Positions 25,591-39,715 of a stretch of DNA of 64,000 bases are shown piece by piece; the stretch's first letter is position 1; every line of letters starts with the position of its first letter. This DNA is from Camelus dromedarius (Eukaryota), in contig NC_087437.1 in NCBI RefSeq assembly GCF_036321535.1, positions 76,944,001 to 77,008,000 of the forward strand. Reading direction: 5' to 3'. The position numbers and the translations under genes are program-made. Under the pieces are notes generated by a model. That model did no database searches and was not told the DNA's origin. It was given only the letters and a program-made list of their open reading frames with translations.

Positions 25591-28389
25591 GCATGAAAAC
25601 ATCAATTACTGAGGTGAATTACCCCTTTCCGTATTTTATTCCATAAGCAGAGTAAATCAGATAGTGGTAGCTTTCAGTTGATTTGTAAAAAATTTTTTTC
25701 ATTGTTTCTGAGTATTACTTAGAACAACCTTGGGTCTGTACTGGGCCATTTTTAAATTCCAAAAGAATGTGCTAGATTTGTAACTTAAGGTAAATTTATT
25801 TCCTTCGTCTTATTCATACTAACATACTTTTTTTTATATTTTCCCCACCTTTGAGTGATGTTTTAATCAACTCTTTAATTGCTATGTGCTTTATAGCTTT
25901 ATAAAGTAGAAAGGCTAGGTATAACTATTATTGATTCTATTATATAGGATTTAAAATGTATGAATTTCTTAAGAGGAACATCACACATGAATAATGCTAG
26001 TAAGGATTAGGACACAGATAATCAGCTACAAAATAAAATGGAACACATGAATCTATTTAAAGATTATACATTTGCTTCTACCTACCTAGTTCTACCTGAA
26101 GATTCTGTCTTCATCTTGGAACAAAAACACTAGTGAGTAATTATTTCGGATTTTCTTGTACTTTAAAAAATTACCTCAGGTAATTCTAATATACATCCAG
26201 GGCTAAGGATAAGATCTTCTAAAGGTATGTGCCTTTTAACAGTGGAGTATTTGAAACTATCACTCAGAGGAAAGAGGAAGAGAGGGAAGAAGGGAGGAAC
26301 TTTGGAGTGAAGGAGAAGACTGACCTATGGTAAATGCCATGTTCTACAACAGCAACTTACAATTATGCTTGTGATTAGTTTAGAGAGAGTAGCAGAGGGA
26401 ATAGCAGCAAAATAGAAGGGTTTTCTGTTTCCATCATGCCATGTAGGTTGCTGTCTGATCAATACACTCCTGACATTGGTCCTATTTGAATCTTCCAGGT
26501 GAAATATTTTTGTTTTCCAAGCTTCGCATAGCCGTCTATCCTCATTAACTTTATTAGAACATAGTATTTGTTTTCCCTTGTATGAAAATGATTTTACAAA
26601 TAAATTCCCAGAAGTCTACATAGTTTAACAACACAAAACCTACTAAAACCGATTACAAAGACAAAATTATGTAATGAAAAAGATGACCTAGAATTTATTG
26701 AGCACTTACTACATATAGACACCATACCTAGCACTTTCTAATTTATGATCTTATTTAAATTCTTACAGAAATTAACCCACTAAGGAAGCTGATTTTTAGC
26801 CAGTCAAATCACTCAAATAACATAGTAGATGTCAAGCACTTAGCATAAGGCCTATCTAAAAAATGCTCAATAAATTCCATTATTACCAATATATCTTTGT
26901 CTGGAGTCACTAGTGTGAGATGAAGCCTTATTTAAAATCTAGGAGCATTAGATTGTGATACATTTTTATTCCCATGTTCTATGATGCAGTTGTTTTCTGA
27001 AATGTGCACCTTATTAGCAATTATTTCCTCTCCTTTTAGCATTCTACTCACAAGTAGACTCAATGACTACAAACTGAAGTCAATAAAATATCTGTATAAC
27101 AGCTCTTCAGTGTTAGTGTGACAAGGCCTGCAAACCCTGCTGGACTGAATTAAAATGTGCTGAGACCAGTGGTTTCTCTGGTAGTAACAGGGGTCAATGT
27201 TCTCTAAGGGGTGTACTCTTTCTTCCTGCACTTTTGAGTATCTGAGACTTCCTATAAATACCAAATGCATATGAGAAACCCCGAAGTAATATTTAACCCA
27301 CTAAATTATTTCTACCATTTATCCAAAATGTTAGGAAATGATTGGCAGTTTACATAAGCTGGTTTTGGTTCAGTATCTGTTCTGTTGAAAAGACTGTATT
27401 GGAAATACCCAAGGACTCTCTCATTAATTTTCTAAGACTCATCACCGATGCAGTATTCTTCCTTCAGAAACAAAACTCAACAATAACAACAACGACAATT
27501 ATAATAAAACTTTATCCTAGCTTTTCTGTTTGTCAAATCTCTAGGACACTAAGTCACTGCTAATTAATATCTAGGTATATGGAAGCTTACGCCATAAGAG
27601 TTTACAAAGACAAAGTAGTAGAAACCATGCTCTCAAAGAGATTGTAATTGATCAGGAAAGCAATTCAATCCCACCAGTACGCTAATGCCACAGACAGTTA
27701 TGGCTAATGTCATAATGCAGACTTGGGAAACTTTAGACTCTTGAGTATGACAATGTCTGGTGTATTATATTTAGGAAGAGGGTATGGTTTTCCTGACAAG
27801 AGGTGCAACTTATGCTTTTGAAAAGGGCAGTCATGAAGAAAAGGATAACTAAGAGTCTGGATATGTCTAAAATGTAATTCCTATGAAGGGTTTATCAGTT
27901 TTGTGTGCTTTTCTGTTGAATTTTGGAGACAATTAAATAAAATGAATTTCTTTCTGTGTAGTACTTACAATTAGTTACCACTAACTCTTCGGTAGAATCT
28001 GATAGATCAGCCTTCACAAGGTGTTGAGAACAAAGGTGTGGGGCAATACAGGGAAATGTGGTTTGGCTCACATTTATCTTTCTGTGGTTGCCTCTGTGTA
28101 AGCCAGTAGCTTATCTAGACCATCTAGAATTAGTTGTTTTAGCTATTGTCCGGAATTAAGTGATTTGAGGTCCAGCTGGTAGCTGGGGGCCAAAGAAGAA
28201 GCATATGACATTGAGGTATGGGGGGCAGCCAAGCAACAGAAAAAGACCCACTTTCCCTTTTCCCAACATTTGCTTGAGGCATTTCTCAAAATAAGGTTAC
28301 CAAGTTTCCCGTGTCATAGCCTGAAGATACTTTTTTTTTCCATCTCTGGATGTGTTTTTATTTATTTATTTACTTATTTAATTTAATTT

Positions 28390-28530
28390 TTTTCTGAGGA
28401 TACTTTTCAATGAAGAGTCCTGAACTTTGGCACAGATTTGTTGAATCAGACTCTCTGGTGATGGCCTTAGGAATACACACCTGAACTCACAAATGGATTT
28501 CTCTGCACAGTAAAGTTTGTGAAATACCAG
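28390..28530. mobile_element. MER5-type hAT-Charlie MITE remnant
   Basis: TGAATCAGACTCTCTGGTGATGGCCTTAGGAAT...TGCACAGTAAAGTTTGTGAAA. Confidence 0.7.
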
Positions 28531-30851
28531 GTGAGAGGACAGTGACCCTTGAAGGGGAGAGAAGGTGTTGCCCCCGACACTGCTTGTGTTAACATGTGTA
28601 GGTGGGGTAATGTGTAGGTGCTTGACTGGATCGCAATTCCACACAATCTCCACAGTGACAATCTTTGGTTTGGCTTCTAGCTGCTTAAGAAAATTTTTCA
28701 GAGTGTTATCATGTTTCTTTGCTCCCCAGCTTTAAGTTTAACCAAAGCACACCATTTTTAATTTTTGCGCCCCTATTCATTCTGTACATGCCTCTGTTTT
28801 TTAGAAGTATGTATATAATTTTTTAAAACATCTCTGCTTCATGGTATCCCTAAATCACATCTTTCGCCTGCACAGACTATGATTCCACCTTTAAAATTTT
28901 TTTCACACTCAAAGATATATGTGCGCTTGTACGGAATGATGCCTCTCAGCCTTCTGCTCAGCTTAACTGAGTTGCTTAGTAATGAGCATTGCTCTGGGAA
29001 TAGCTGACTGGTTATAATCAGGGCCTTTAATGATCCTGTCCTGCCGTCGGATGTCAAATAGGGCTTAGGAGTCGTGTGGTTCAGGCGTTGGAAGTGATGT
29101 CTTTGACAACACAGAGTCAGACATGACTGACGAATGTGGCAGTGCTGCTGTCGTCCTGGATCATCCATAGTTGACTTCACAGGCTCACGGAATTTTAGAA
29201 CTCTAGTGGGATCTAAGAGTTCACACAACACAGAGAAGTATTGTCACCTGGTTAATTAGGACTAGAACACAACTGTGCAGGTTTTTTGATTTCAGTTTTT
29301 TTTTAATAAGTCGGTGCATTTGAGGACAATGTACTTCATAAGTAGCAGTGTTATTGCAGAATTTAGCTTCAAATTCTTAGGAAAATGCGGAATTAACAAT
29401 ATGATTTCCAGGTCAAGCATGTTCTAAAACCATAATCTTCTACAATATTTGTCAAAATAAAAAGCTGCAATAATCTTTGCAAAGTAGTTAATAATCTGTA
29501 TGTGTGTCTGGAGGATGCAGTCACATGGATTTTGTCATTCCTAAGTCAGTTTGATGACGTATTAGCCTTTTCATCGAAAAGTTTTACCAGATTAGTACAA
29601 AGAATCTGCACAGGTTAAGTATGCCTCTCAGAGGTCTAATCTCAAATAGAGTAACTGAGCTTTGTCTCATGTGATCCTGATTTATTCCACTAGTGATGAG
29701 AAGCGGGTTCGGATCATTTTTCATTTGAACAAACCTTGAGTACCTACTGTTTGTAAGATGTGGTACCAAACATTATGGTGGATCCAGTGATTAGGGAGAA
29801 AAAAGACATGATTCTCACGGGGAAACTAGCTTCTCCATCATTAACAGAACTTCTTGTTCTAAATGCTAAAAATCTGACTGATAAAAGGTAACTGTCAACT
29901 CTTCACTCACTTGAAAATACCTCATACCCTCTTTATAAATCTTCAATGTCAGTGTCCCCTTGCTCCTTTAAACAAAGGCTCCTCAACTTTAAAAAACAAA
30001 ACATACATTTGGCTTCTTTGCAAATGTATACTCTCAGATTTTTTTTGTCTTTTCCAAAAGTGTTTTTTTATGTTTGGTCACTTAACTTTTTTAGGTGTGT
30101 TTCCTTTATGAAGTCCTCCTTTCCCTGTGGATCACAAAAAGGGCATTTCTTGTGGAGGCGTGAGAATGAAGGAATCCTCAGTTATACTCAAGTAACAAAG
30201 GGAACCTATGACACTGAGCCGAGGTAGTTACTCAGCCTCAGGCGGATGTCATGCGTCTCTCCAATAAAAGTGAAACAACATGCTTTTTCTTCTTTTCTTC
30301 TACAACAATCCTTAATCCTTACACTAGAGGAGTTTATGACTTAGTTTGGGACAAATGCAGACACTTACACGCTCAAATAGGTATGTATGTGTATAGACAT
30401 ATATTTACAACTCTGACCAAAGCAGAGTATGTTAAGTGTCATAGAAGGATAATGTGTTATGGATGTAAGGAAAAATGGTAACTTCTCACTTGGGAGAATA
30501 TATTTTTGGTATAATTTTTAGAGCACTAAAATTAGTTTCAAACTGTTGGAATTCAGCTCTGTTAATGGTGTTGATAGGGACTGAGTCCAGAAAAGTCTGT
30601 GAATTGTTTCACTTCTGGTTTTCCGTCTACCTCAGGGACCCATTGCCTTCCTGTTTTTTTCTTCATTTTGCTTGTAAAATCTTTTCTTGCATGTGTATTT
30701 TATGTCAGTTTCTGGGTAGTAGGGGAGAGACAAGAAACTGTTGCTGACAACGTGGTGTCAAGGCCTTGGATAGGGGTTCTGGCAGGGCAGTGTGGGAACA
30801 AGAACAGAGGCCTCTAGGGAGGACTGGCCGCTTAGGAGCACATGACAGTGA

Positions 30852-32219
30852 GAGGGGTTCTTTGCTTTCTTTGTGCCCTGCACTCTTTGGCAGTCTGGTA
30901 ACTCTGTAACTCTGTCAATATACAGGCCCCTTCACAGAAGAATATATTTAGATCTACTACAGTGAAGTATCACCTCACCCTGCTCAGAATGGCCATCATT
31001 GAAAATTCTACAAATAATAAATGTTAGCGAGGGTGACGAGAAAAGAGAACCCTCCCACACTGTTCGTGGGAATGTAGATTGGTGCAGCCATTATGGAAAA
31101 CAGTATGGAGGTTCCTTGAAAAACTGAAAATAGACTTACCATGTGATCCAGCAATCCCACTCCTGGGCATATATCCAGAGAAAACTCTAATCCAGAAAGA
31201 TACATGCTGCACCCCAATGTTCATAGCAGCACTATTTACAATACCCAAGACATGCAAGCAACCTAAATGTCCATCAACAGATGAATGGATAAGAAAATGT
31301 GGTATAAGTATACAATGGAACACTACTCAGTCATAAAAAAGAATGAAATAATGTCATTTGCAGCAACATGGATGGATCTAGAGATTATTGTACTAAGTGA
31401 AGTCAGTCAGTCAGAGAAAGACAAACATCATATGATATCACTTCTATGTGGAATCTAAAAAAATGAGAAGAACAAACTTATTTACAAAACAGAAAGAGAC
31501 TTATGGACATAGAAAACAAACTTATGGTACCAGGGGAGGAAAGAGGAAGGGAGAGAGAAATTGGGAGTTTGGGATTGGCTGATACAAACTTCTATGTACA
31601 GAATAGATAAACAACAAGGTCCTACTATATAGCACAGGAAACTATATTCAGTGGCTTATAGTACCCTGTAATGAAAAGGAATAGGAAAAAGAATAAGTAT
31701 TCAGATATATATATGTATATATATATGTAAAACTGAATCACTATGCTGTACACCAGAAACTAATACATTGTAAATCAAAAAATAAAAACTAAAAAATAGA
31801 TCTACATAATAAAATATGTAGGAATTTAAGGAAATCAAGAATAATAAAATACAGTTGTCAAAATATTTTTAAAAACACATTTGTGCTGCTTTATTAAAAC
31901 AGTAAATAACAAGATCGAGCCGCAGACATAACAACTACTATAATTTTGAAGTGTAATGTGCGTAAATAATATTTAGAGGTAATTCAACAACTATGATGTT
32001 ATATAAAAATATCTGTGTTGTCTTTGATGGGAAAGTTAGTTACCACTGATACAACCATTGTTGTTGCCAACATTTTTCACTGAAGAAATGTTAAATTTCA
32101 ATGAGATTTTGATGAAAATAGAGAAGCAGCTCTTTGCTTATCCAAGTTCATAAACTTCCTGAATTCTCTCTATTCAGTAATGCTTTGGGGAGCTGTGGGC
32201 CCCAGGCTCAGAACCCTGT
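30852..32219. mobile_element. Charlie4a-like hAT element split by an L1
   Basis: AGGGGTTCTT...TTTGGCAGTCTGGT left arm. AAATAACAAGATC, TCCAAGTTCAT, CCCCAGGCTCAGAACCCTG right arm. Confidence 0.75.
30958..31796 (+). mobile_element. 5'-truncated L1 (ORF2 C-terminus, 3'UTR, A-rich tail)
   Basis: ORF 31079..31336 [46 protein letters not shown] is the L1 ORF2 C-terminus. TSD TAGATCTAC at 30949-30957 / 31797-31805. Confidence 0.95.
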
Positions 32220-34979
32220 ACTAAAGCTCAGAGCTAGTGCAGTTTAGGAAGAAAAAGGAGCAAATGTTCTTTGCACTGAGGCCTTGGGTATCTAAGAGAG
32301 CGACTCAAAATTCCTGAACATTCTAAAGGACCTTACTTCTCACTGCCCCCTCTCTATATTTGCCAGTCTTGTTTCCTTTCACTCAAGAGGTCTGCTCTGT
32401 GTTAGACTAGGAGCAGTGATCCCTGTTAGCTACTTTATGTCTTATCATAACTGATACAGATATTTTTATTCTAAACATTCCTTGTTATTCTTACTGAAAT
32501 ATTGTTTCTGTTTGGAAATTTTATGTGCAGCAAATCTGAGGGTTAGGAATTCCCATCAGATGAGCTAGGGGAAATTTTACGTACTTTCCTCTGTGGTGGT
32601 TAGTAAGTTCATTCATCTTTGGTTATCTAATTCTATATTCTCGAATTTTTCTATTGCTTTTCTTTTTTAAAAAATTACTTATGTAATCCAGACTTGTTTA
32701 AAAACATTATTCATATTTAATATGAAAAATGAAGCATAGTATAAAATTAGTTATGCTTACCGAAAACAAAGCTCTTCTCTATGCCCCTACGCCTTAGAAC
32801 AGCCAAGATTTGTTAGCCTTTTTTGTGTTCCTTCTTTCAGAGTAGATGCATAGTTTTTCTTTGTATAAAATATATGATCATAATACATAGTCTGACAATC
32901 TAATAGACTAATTTAATTGCATTGTTCCTTCATAACATCTTAAATGAGATGTCTTAACATTTGCTTTGTTTATTTTTATTTCTCAGAGTAAAGCACTATA
33001 TTTTTGATTGATTTTTGAATTGAGAAAATTCTTACATAATCGTTGGTTGGCATACTTGAATGTTTTCATCAAGACAAAACTGGGCCTGAGGCAAGGAAAA
33101 GTACTTTTGGGGATCATGTGGATTTAGAGATGTGGCATTTGGTGGAGGGGAGAGGGACAATAAAATAATTTGGAAGACAAGTGGTTAATTTTCAGGAAGA
33201 TAAAACTAAGAGAGTGAGGAAAAGCAGCTGCTTCTTTGCTTCAGTCACTGCTCTGAATTTCACACAGCAAAGTGTCAGAGGAGAAAGGAGAATAGGTTGT
33301 CAGTGGCCAGACAGATCAGGTTTTTATACCTCATCAGCCACAGTATATTATCTCCTAGGTGCCTGTATATCTTCCTGATTTCCTTTTTTTTTCTTTTTTT
33401 TTTTCTTTTTGGTTGTTGTTGCTGATAGTCACATGTTGCAGTTGTTCTGCACCAGTGGAAAAGTATCTAGAAAACAAATAAATACACACACACACAAACA
33501 CACACTCACCTTTCCCCTATTTGCATTTAGTGATACCTCTGTTACCAACATCCTTCGGTGAGCTGTGAAGGTTAGTGAATAGCCCTGACTACTTCATTAC
33601 CACTCAACCTTTATTTCAAGCGAAGCTTAAAAGATTATTTTAGAAAGCAAGAAAGCATATTTTTAAGAATAGGTAGATGACCTATTGGTGAGGTAAAGAG
33701 GAGTGTGAAAAATGTTTAGTGAGCAATGTTATGCTCCCACGCTTTTGGAATTTAAACCACAATCACTTAGTAGGTGGTGCTTAGCCCAACTGATGTCAGA
33801 AGCCTTGAAGACATCGCTCTCAGTCAGAAAGCCACAAACACAAGGCTGTTTTTTTGTAGATCACATTGACAGCTCTAGTCTTGGCAGCCATGGGAAATTT
33901 ATTTCTCATTACTAAGTGATTTCAACACATATTCTTTGGGAGGTAGAGAATGACCATCTGTTGTGGGTAGGTACCGTTGTCTGTTGTGACTTTTTTTTTT
34001 TAACCTACTGTTTCATTGGTTTGGATTTGTCCCCAGATTACTACCATTGATAAAAAGCTACATTTTGACTTAACCAGTTACCTACTTAGCAGGTTAATAT
34101 GCAGATGTATGCCAGGGGAAAAAGAGAATGAACTTTAAAATAAAGGATGAAAATTATTAAATGAAGTAAGAGAGAAAATTCTGTGAAGTTCTAGCTTGAT
34201 TTTAGCATTAGTGTTACACTCAGTAATAAGTGAGCTTTGTCTGCTGCTAGGTGTCAGGGGAATTGGAGGTGACTTAGTGCTGTTTGCTTTCCCACTGCGT
34301 TCCTTTATTATGTGTGCATCCACAGTCTTTGTTGATTCACCTGTCCGATAGCTGACATTACACTGTGACCTTCTGCAGTAAGGACTGTTCTTTGGCCTTT
34401 GCATCAATACCGCCTGAACCATGCATGGCACTTCTTTCTAAAAGAAATATGAAGGTAAAACAAGTTCCTAAAGTGCAATAGTTTTTCTCTGTGAGTTTTA
34501 CACGTAGAGACCAAAATGACTCTGTTTGAAAAAGAATCTTTAACTACTCTTAACATGTGTTATGAATCATGGGATGACAATGTTATCATCTTAGCAGCAG
34601 GGACTTGATCCCTCAGGTTTACCTCTGAGCACTGTGAAGTAGTCCCTCAAAATGCCTTTACTTTGGGATTAGTAATGTTTGCTAAAAAAAACAAACCAAA
34701 GATAATCTCAATAAATATGACAAATATGTTTTTAAGTTGGAGATTCTATGTTATTTGCATTTTATGACCAGAAAGCAATGATGCTCCAGTGCTATAGATA
34801 CGACCTAGGATATGTCTTGTGATCAGTAGTGGAATAATGTAGAGAAGGGACAATGTAGTACCACTCTGTCTTGCTGTCTTTTCTTTCTCTTTGTCTCTCT
34901 CTCCTTCTTTCCCTCCTAAAAACAAAGGTAATCAAATCCCTGGGAACAAAAACATACATTGACAATGACTAGAAATGGA

Positions 34980-35200
34980 TAGAATAAAAATAATGGAATT
35001 TAGACTCCGGTGCCAGGCTAGAGTACTTTTTTGCTGTTTGATCTTAGGAAATTCATATCATCTCTCTTAACCATACCATCCTCATTTGTAAAATGGAGAT
35101 ATTAAGCAATTCTGTTTTGATTACTTATGAGATTGTTGTAAGATTCAAACAGTGGGATATCTTTAAGAACTCAGTAACTGTAAATCACTAAATAAATATT
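34980..35200 (+). mobile_element. MIR SINE
   Basis: Core CCTCATTTGTAAAATGGAGAT...GATTGTTGTAAGATTCAAA. Confidence 0.75.
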
Positions 35201-35739
35201 GGTTTTAAATGGTTTATGAATTTCATTAGTTCCTTTTGTAAGAGACTTTTTAAAATGAATAAATATTATCAATCATGTCAGATTTTTGTTGTATGTAAGA
35301 ACCATGGTGGGACTGTTTTAGAAACTCGTTTAGAAACAGAGTGTATTCAATCTAAGTACCTAAATTACTCCTGACAAATGATTCATATAGAGTAAGAACT
35401 CAAATTAATAGACCTTGGTGTCCATAAAATGTAGCATACTAGAAAACCCTGTATTTGTCTTACTATGGAATTAAAAGTAAGAATATTCTTAAACTCCATT
35501 ATGATTTATATTACACAGACAGAATATTGAAATTTAGTTTCTGAGTCCTTTAAAAATTTGTAAAGTTTGTATAAAAATTTTTTATGGAATGCTTTTGAAA
35601 TGTAGGCAGTCAAACTTATCAAAAATCCAAGAATGTAGGACAGAAGGACAATGGAGCAGGAACATTGAAGATATTCATGAATGTAAGAGACACGTTAAAA
35701 TGATGGCAAGAGAATTCAAGCTGAGAAGGAAAGAATATA

Positions 35740-35985
35740 AAAATAATAATGATGGCAAGCTCTACTGCAATGAGTTCTTACTTTGTGCCAGGCACTAAGT
35801 GCTTAACATATGTTAATGCATGCTTCCTCTCACAGCCCTATGAAGTGGGTATTATTATTATTACCCCCTTTTATGAGTGAAGAAAGTGACTCACTAAGAT
35901 GTTAAGTCATTAGATGTCACACAGGTAGACAGTGATGAAGCTGGCATTCAAACTTAGGCAGCTTGGCTCCAAACCCAGTTTGCTA
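35740..35985 (-). mobile_element. MIR SINE (MIRb-like), near full length
   Basis: TTACTTTGTGCCAGGCACT, CCCTATGAAGTGGGTATTATTATT, GTCACACAG, ATTCAAACTTAGGCAG. Confidence 0.85.
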
Positions 35986-36035
35986 CATGCCCCTTGATAA
36001 GAAAGGAGAACATTTGTATCCATTTACACCCCCAG

Positions 36036-36200
36036 GTTTGAAAATAAAATTTGTATCATTTTTTTTAGATTCCACATATAAGTGATACATGATATTTGTC
36101 TTTCTCTCTCTTACTTCACTTAATATTATAAATCTCTAGGTCCATCCATGTTGCTGCAAATGGCATTATTTCATTCTTTTTTATGGCTAAGTAGTATTCC

Positions 36201-36256
<56 letters not shown>

Positions 36257-36800
36257 CATATACACATATACACCACATCCTTTTTTAGAGCCTTTTGTAC
36301 AGGAGGCATAGTAGTTCTTTTTTCAGACACCATATTTTAAGTTGCCCCCCATATTTTATCTACACTGTATGACTCTTTTTCCTGTAGAAAACTTCTAAGT
36401 TTGTGTATACCTTTATGTATCCATCTTTTCCTTTATAGTTTCTGGCCTTCATGTCATTCTTAGTATGGCTTTCCCCATCCTAATGCTGTATCACTGTATC
36501 ACTTATATCAATTTAAAGTATTTTTACAAGTTTTAATTTGTAATTATTTACACTTCTGGTATAGTGGGAAATTTTACTGGTATAAAGAAAGAAGAAAAGT
36601 CTATTTCCTGCATACATGTTCCCATACAACTAAGACCCAATACCATTTATGAAATAATCCATCTTCTTTGCTGCCAATTTAAAATGTTGCTTTTATCATA
36701 AAATACAATCTCATGTATACTTACATATTTTCGTCTAGATTCAGTGTAATTTGCATTGATCTACCAATTCTTATGCCAGAATTAAATCATTTTAATCATT
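36036..36800 (-). mobile_element. L1 fragment with (TG)25 (36036-36285) followed by an older L1ME-like remnant
   Basis: TTTAGATTCCACATATAAGTGA...TCCATCCATGTTGCTGCAAATGGCATTATTTCATTCTTTTTTATGGCT. Downstream ACCATTTATGAAATAATCCATC. Confidence 0.8.
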
Positions 36801-36809
36801 ACAACTGAG

Positions 36810-38035
36810 TAATGATTTTCCCATGAAATTCTGTCTCCTCTTGATGTCCATGGCGTTGCACCCTGGTTTCTTCTCTGCTCTGGCTTCTCCTTTGCCGTCT
36901 CTGGTGTAAGTTAGTTACCCTTACTCTACCTGCCCTTTAAATGCTGGTGTTCCTAGAACTCCGTCTATCACTTTCTTTTCAGTTTGCACATTCTCCACGG
37001 ACAGTCTCATCTATTCCCAAAGCTTCACCATCCTTAAAACTGCACTGACAACTCTAAAATGCAAGTCTCTGGCTCAAAAGTCTTTGCTAAGCATCAGCCA
37101 TATTTCCGAAGTGTCTGTCTACATGGATGTCTCAGAATCATCTTAAATTCAAAACATTGAATATTCACTCTCTACTTCATGTCCTTCACCCCAAACTGTT
37201 TTTTCCGCCAGCATCTCTTGTGCTGTCTCCTGACCAGCACCACCATCTGCCCACTAGGCCAAGCCTATTCACTCCCTCTTCCTCACTTTCTTTTTGCTGA
37301 TTGAAAAGTTTGTCATGCCAATAATTACCACTTCCTCTTTTTACCTTTTGATAATGATCCAGTCCTTAATGTTAAGCTCTATCTGGGCTGCCATCACCTT
37401 TTCCACAGACCATGTCACTAGCCTTGACCCTTCTCAATAAATTTTCTAGATTGTCTCCAATCAGATCTTCCTGAAATGCAAGTCTGATCATTTCACTTCG
37501 TATACATAAACTCCTCACTGTTTTTCTCTATATTAAGATAGCCCAACTTTTAAAGATCCTTTAGAAGGCCCATCATGGTCTGGCCCTGGCACACTTCATC
37601 TCTTATCAATGCTCCCCTTCTACTAATACTCTCAAAATACTGAACTTCTTTATGTTCTTCAAATACATTTTATTCGCTGTTGCCCAGATCTTTGCATCGG
37701 TTTCTCCCTTTGCTTAAAATACCCCTACTCTTCTTCTCCTGGCTAACTACTGCTTTTCATCCATCTGATCTCAGCTGAGACCTGACCTCCTGCAGGAAAC
37801 CTTCCTCAAACTCTCCTATGCATCCTTGGTACAGTAGGTGTACTCCCATCACATCCTGTGCTGCTCCATTTTAAATCATTGTTTTGAAATTGCCAGGCAA
37901 AGTATTTCATATTGTAAGCCAAATTGTAAAACATATAAAAGGAGGAATTTTCCTGATATATTCACCACTGTATCCCTAGTACCCAGGAGAATGCCTGGGC
38001 ATTCAGAGTGCTCTCCAAATATGTACGAAAGAAAG
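36810..38035 (+). mobile_element. L2 LINE 3' portion
   Basis: CATGGATGTCTCAGAATCATCTTAAATTCAA, TGCAAGTCTGATCATTTCACT, 3' end ATTCACCACTGTATCCCTAGTACCCAG. Confidence 0.85.
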
Positions 38036-39427
38036 AAACAAAAGAGGGAAGGAGAAGTATATTATTTACAAAATGTCTTTCTCTTATACACACATAATAA
38101 ATACACAGGCACAATTATACACATACATACAAATATGCACAAAATCCATAAAATATCAAGAGCAAATGCCACAAATATTACTGGTTATCTGTAGGATTGA
38201 AAGCAGTTTTATTTTCTTCTTTAGGTGTTTGTGTATTGTATAACACCAAAAAAATCGGAAAATCTGTAATTAGAAAAATTTATTAAAAAATAGATTTACA
38301 GTTCTCTTGATTACAACTCATAAAATGCATTAACATCCTTGAATAAAAATATCAGGGTTTGTGTGGTATTCAGTCCTAGGGTGCTATAACAAAATGCCAC
38401 AAACTGAGTGATGTAAACCGACGGAAGTTTATTCTATTATAATTTTGGAGTCTAGAAGTCCAAAATCCAGGTGTCAGCTTATGTAAAATGTTGGTGATAA
38501 TAAATGGCAACTTTTTTGTTTTGCTCTGTATTAATGTTCCTCCTCGGGGAAAAAAAATGTTGTTTGATCTTTTTTTTTCATTTTATGTTTTTAATTTTAT
38601 GCCTTATCTAGAAATCTGAGAAGCAAAGGCAATTATTCAACTTGGTGTGTATTTGGTACATATTTTTTATAAATGTCTATAAGTATTTATATTTTAGTAG
38701 TTACATTATCCCTCATCTTTGAGACGAAAATGGTTGAAGACATAACCTTGGCTTTCTTGCATTCATTCCACCTTTATCTTGCCATGCTCTTCTAAAGAGC
38801 ATGGGGCTTAGGAAATGATGACATGGTGAAGATTAGAATACGTAGCACAGTCTATTTTGGTTGGATAGAAGACTAAGCACTTAATGTGCTTCTTCCTCAG
38901 TGCCCCTAATGGTGGTACATACGATTTCAGGGTCCCACAGATAAAAGATCTGATATTCACAGACTTGCCAAGAATTCACAGAGGGTTAAGGGAAAGTGAG
39001 AATTCAAACCTAGTTCTGTCTCTTTCAACAGACCAAGTTTTGAATCTATTGAGAGAAAACATTCTCCTTTAATTACTATGGGTGAAGATATTCTTTTATT
39101 TAAGATAACCCTGGTTTTGTAATTCCAGCCAAACTATTCCTGTGCCTAGTATGGGAATATTTTCTTCTTCAGAGATACTCTTCTACAGAGGTCAGTCTGT
39201 CCCACATTTTTTTTTCCTAAGTTGGGTGTTTATGAAAAATACAATGAATATGTTACTAACATTTAGTGTTGAGTTGTGCTTGCCCTTTCGAAGTAAAATA
39301 TAACAGTATATTAGCTTCACCAAATTTTTAGGACATGGACAGCCATTTAGATCCTTCAATGCTCAAGTAGTCGAAATAAATGAAAGAATACAGACATGTG
39401 ATGGGAAAAGGAACTGATTCAGTTTGG

Positions 39428-39715
39428 GAATAGCAACAGGCAGGGTTGAGAATTGGGGCAGCTGGCGGCTTCATGACCCACCTAAAGAAGGAATTTGCTA
39501 CTAATCCAAGCAGATTATTGTCCGTATGATTATTTTTTCCTAGAATCTTAGATTTTCAAGAGAAGCTTGAAATGTTGAATTTTATGTGCAAGCTTTCCAT
39601 TTTCAAAGGCTGGCTAATACCTGAAATTTAAAATACTTTACTGGTCGGCACTAGATGACCAAACACTACTCTGGGAGGAGAGTGAGCGCAAGAGCTGAGA
39701 GCGCGCAACTTCTGA
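39428..39715. mobile_element. MER102-like hAT-Charlie element
   Basis: GATTTTCAAGAGAAGCTTGAAATGTTGAATTTTATGTG and terminal GCAACTTCTG. Confidence 0.75.

Noticed and set aside
39643..39662. CTCF-like GGCACTAGATGACC
   Set aside because: It mismatches key core positions and lies in a decayed MER102-like element.
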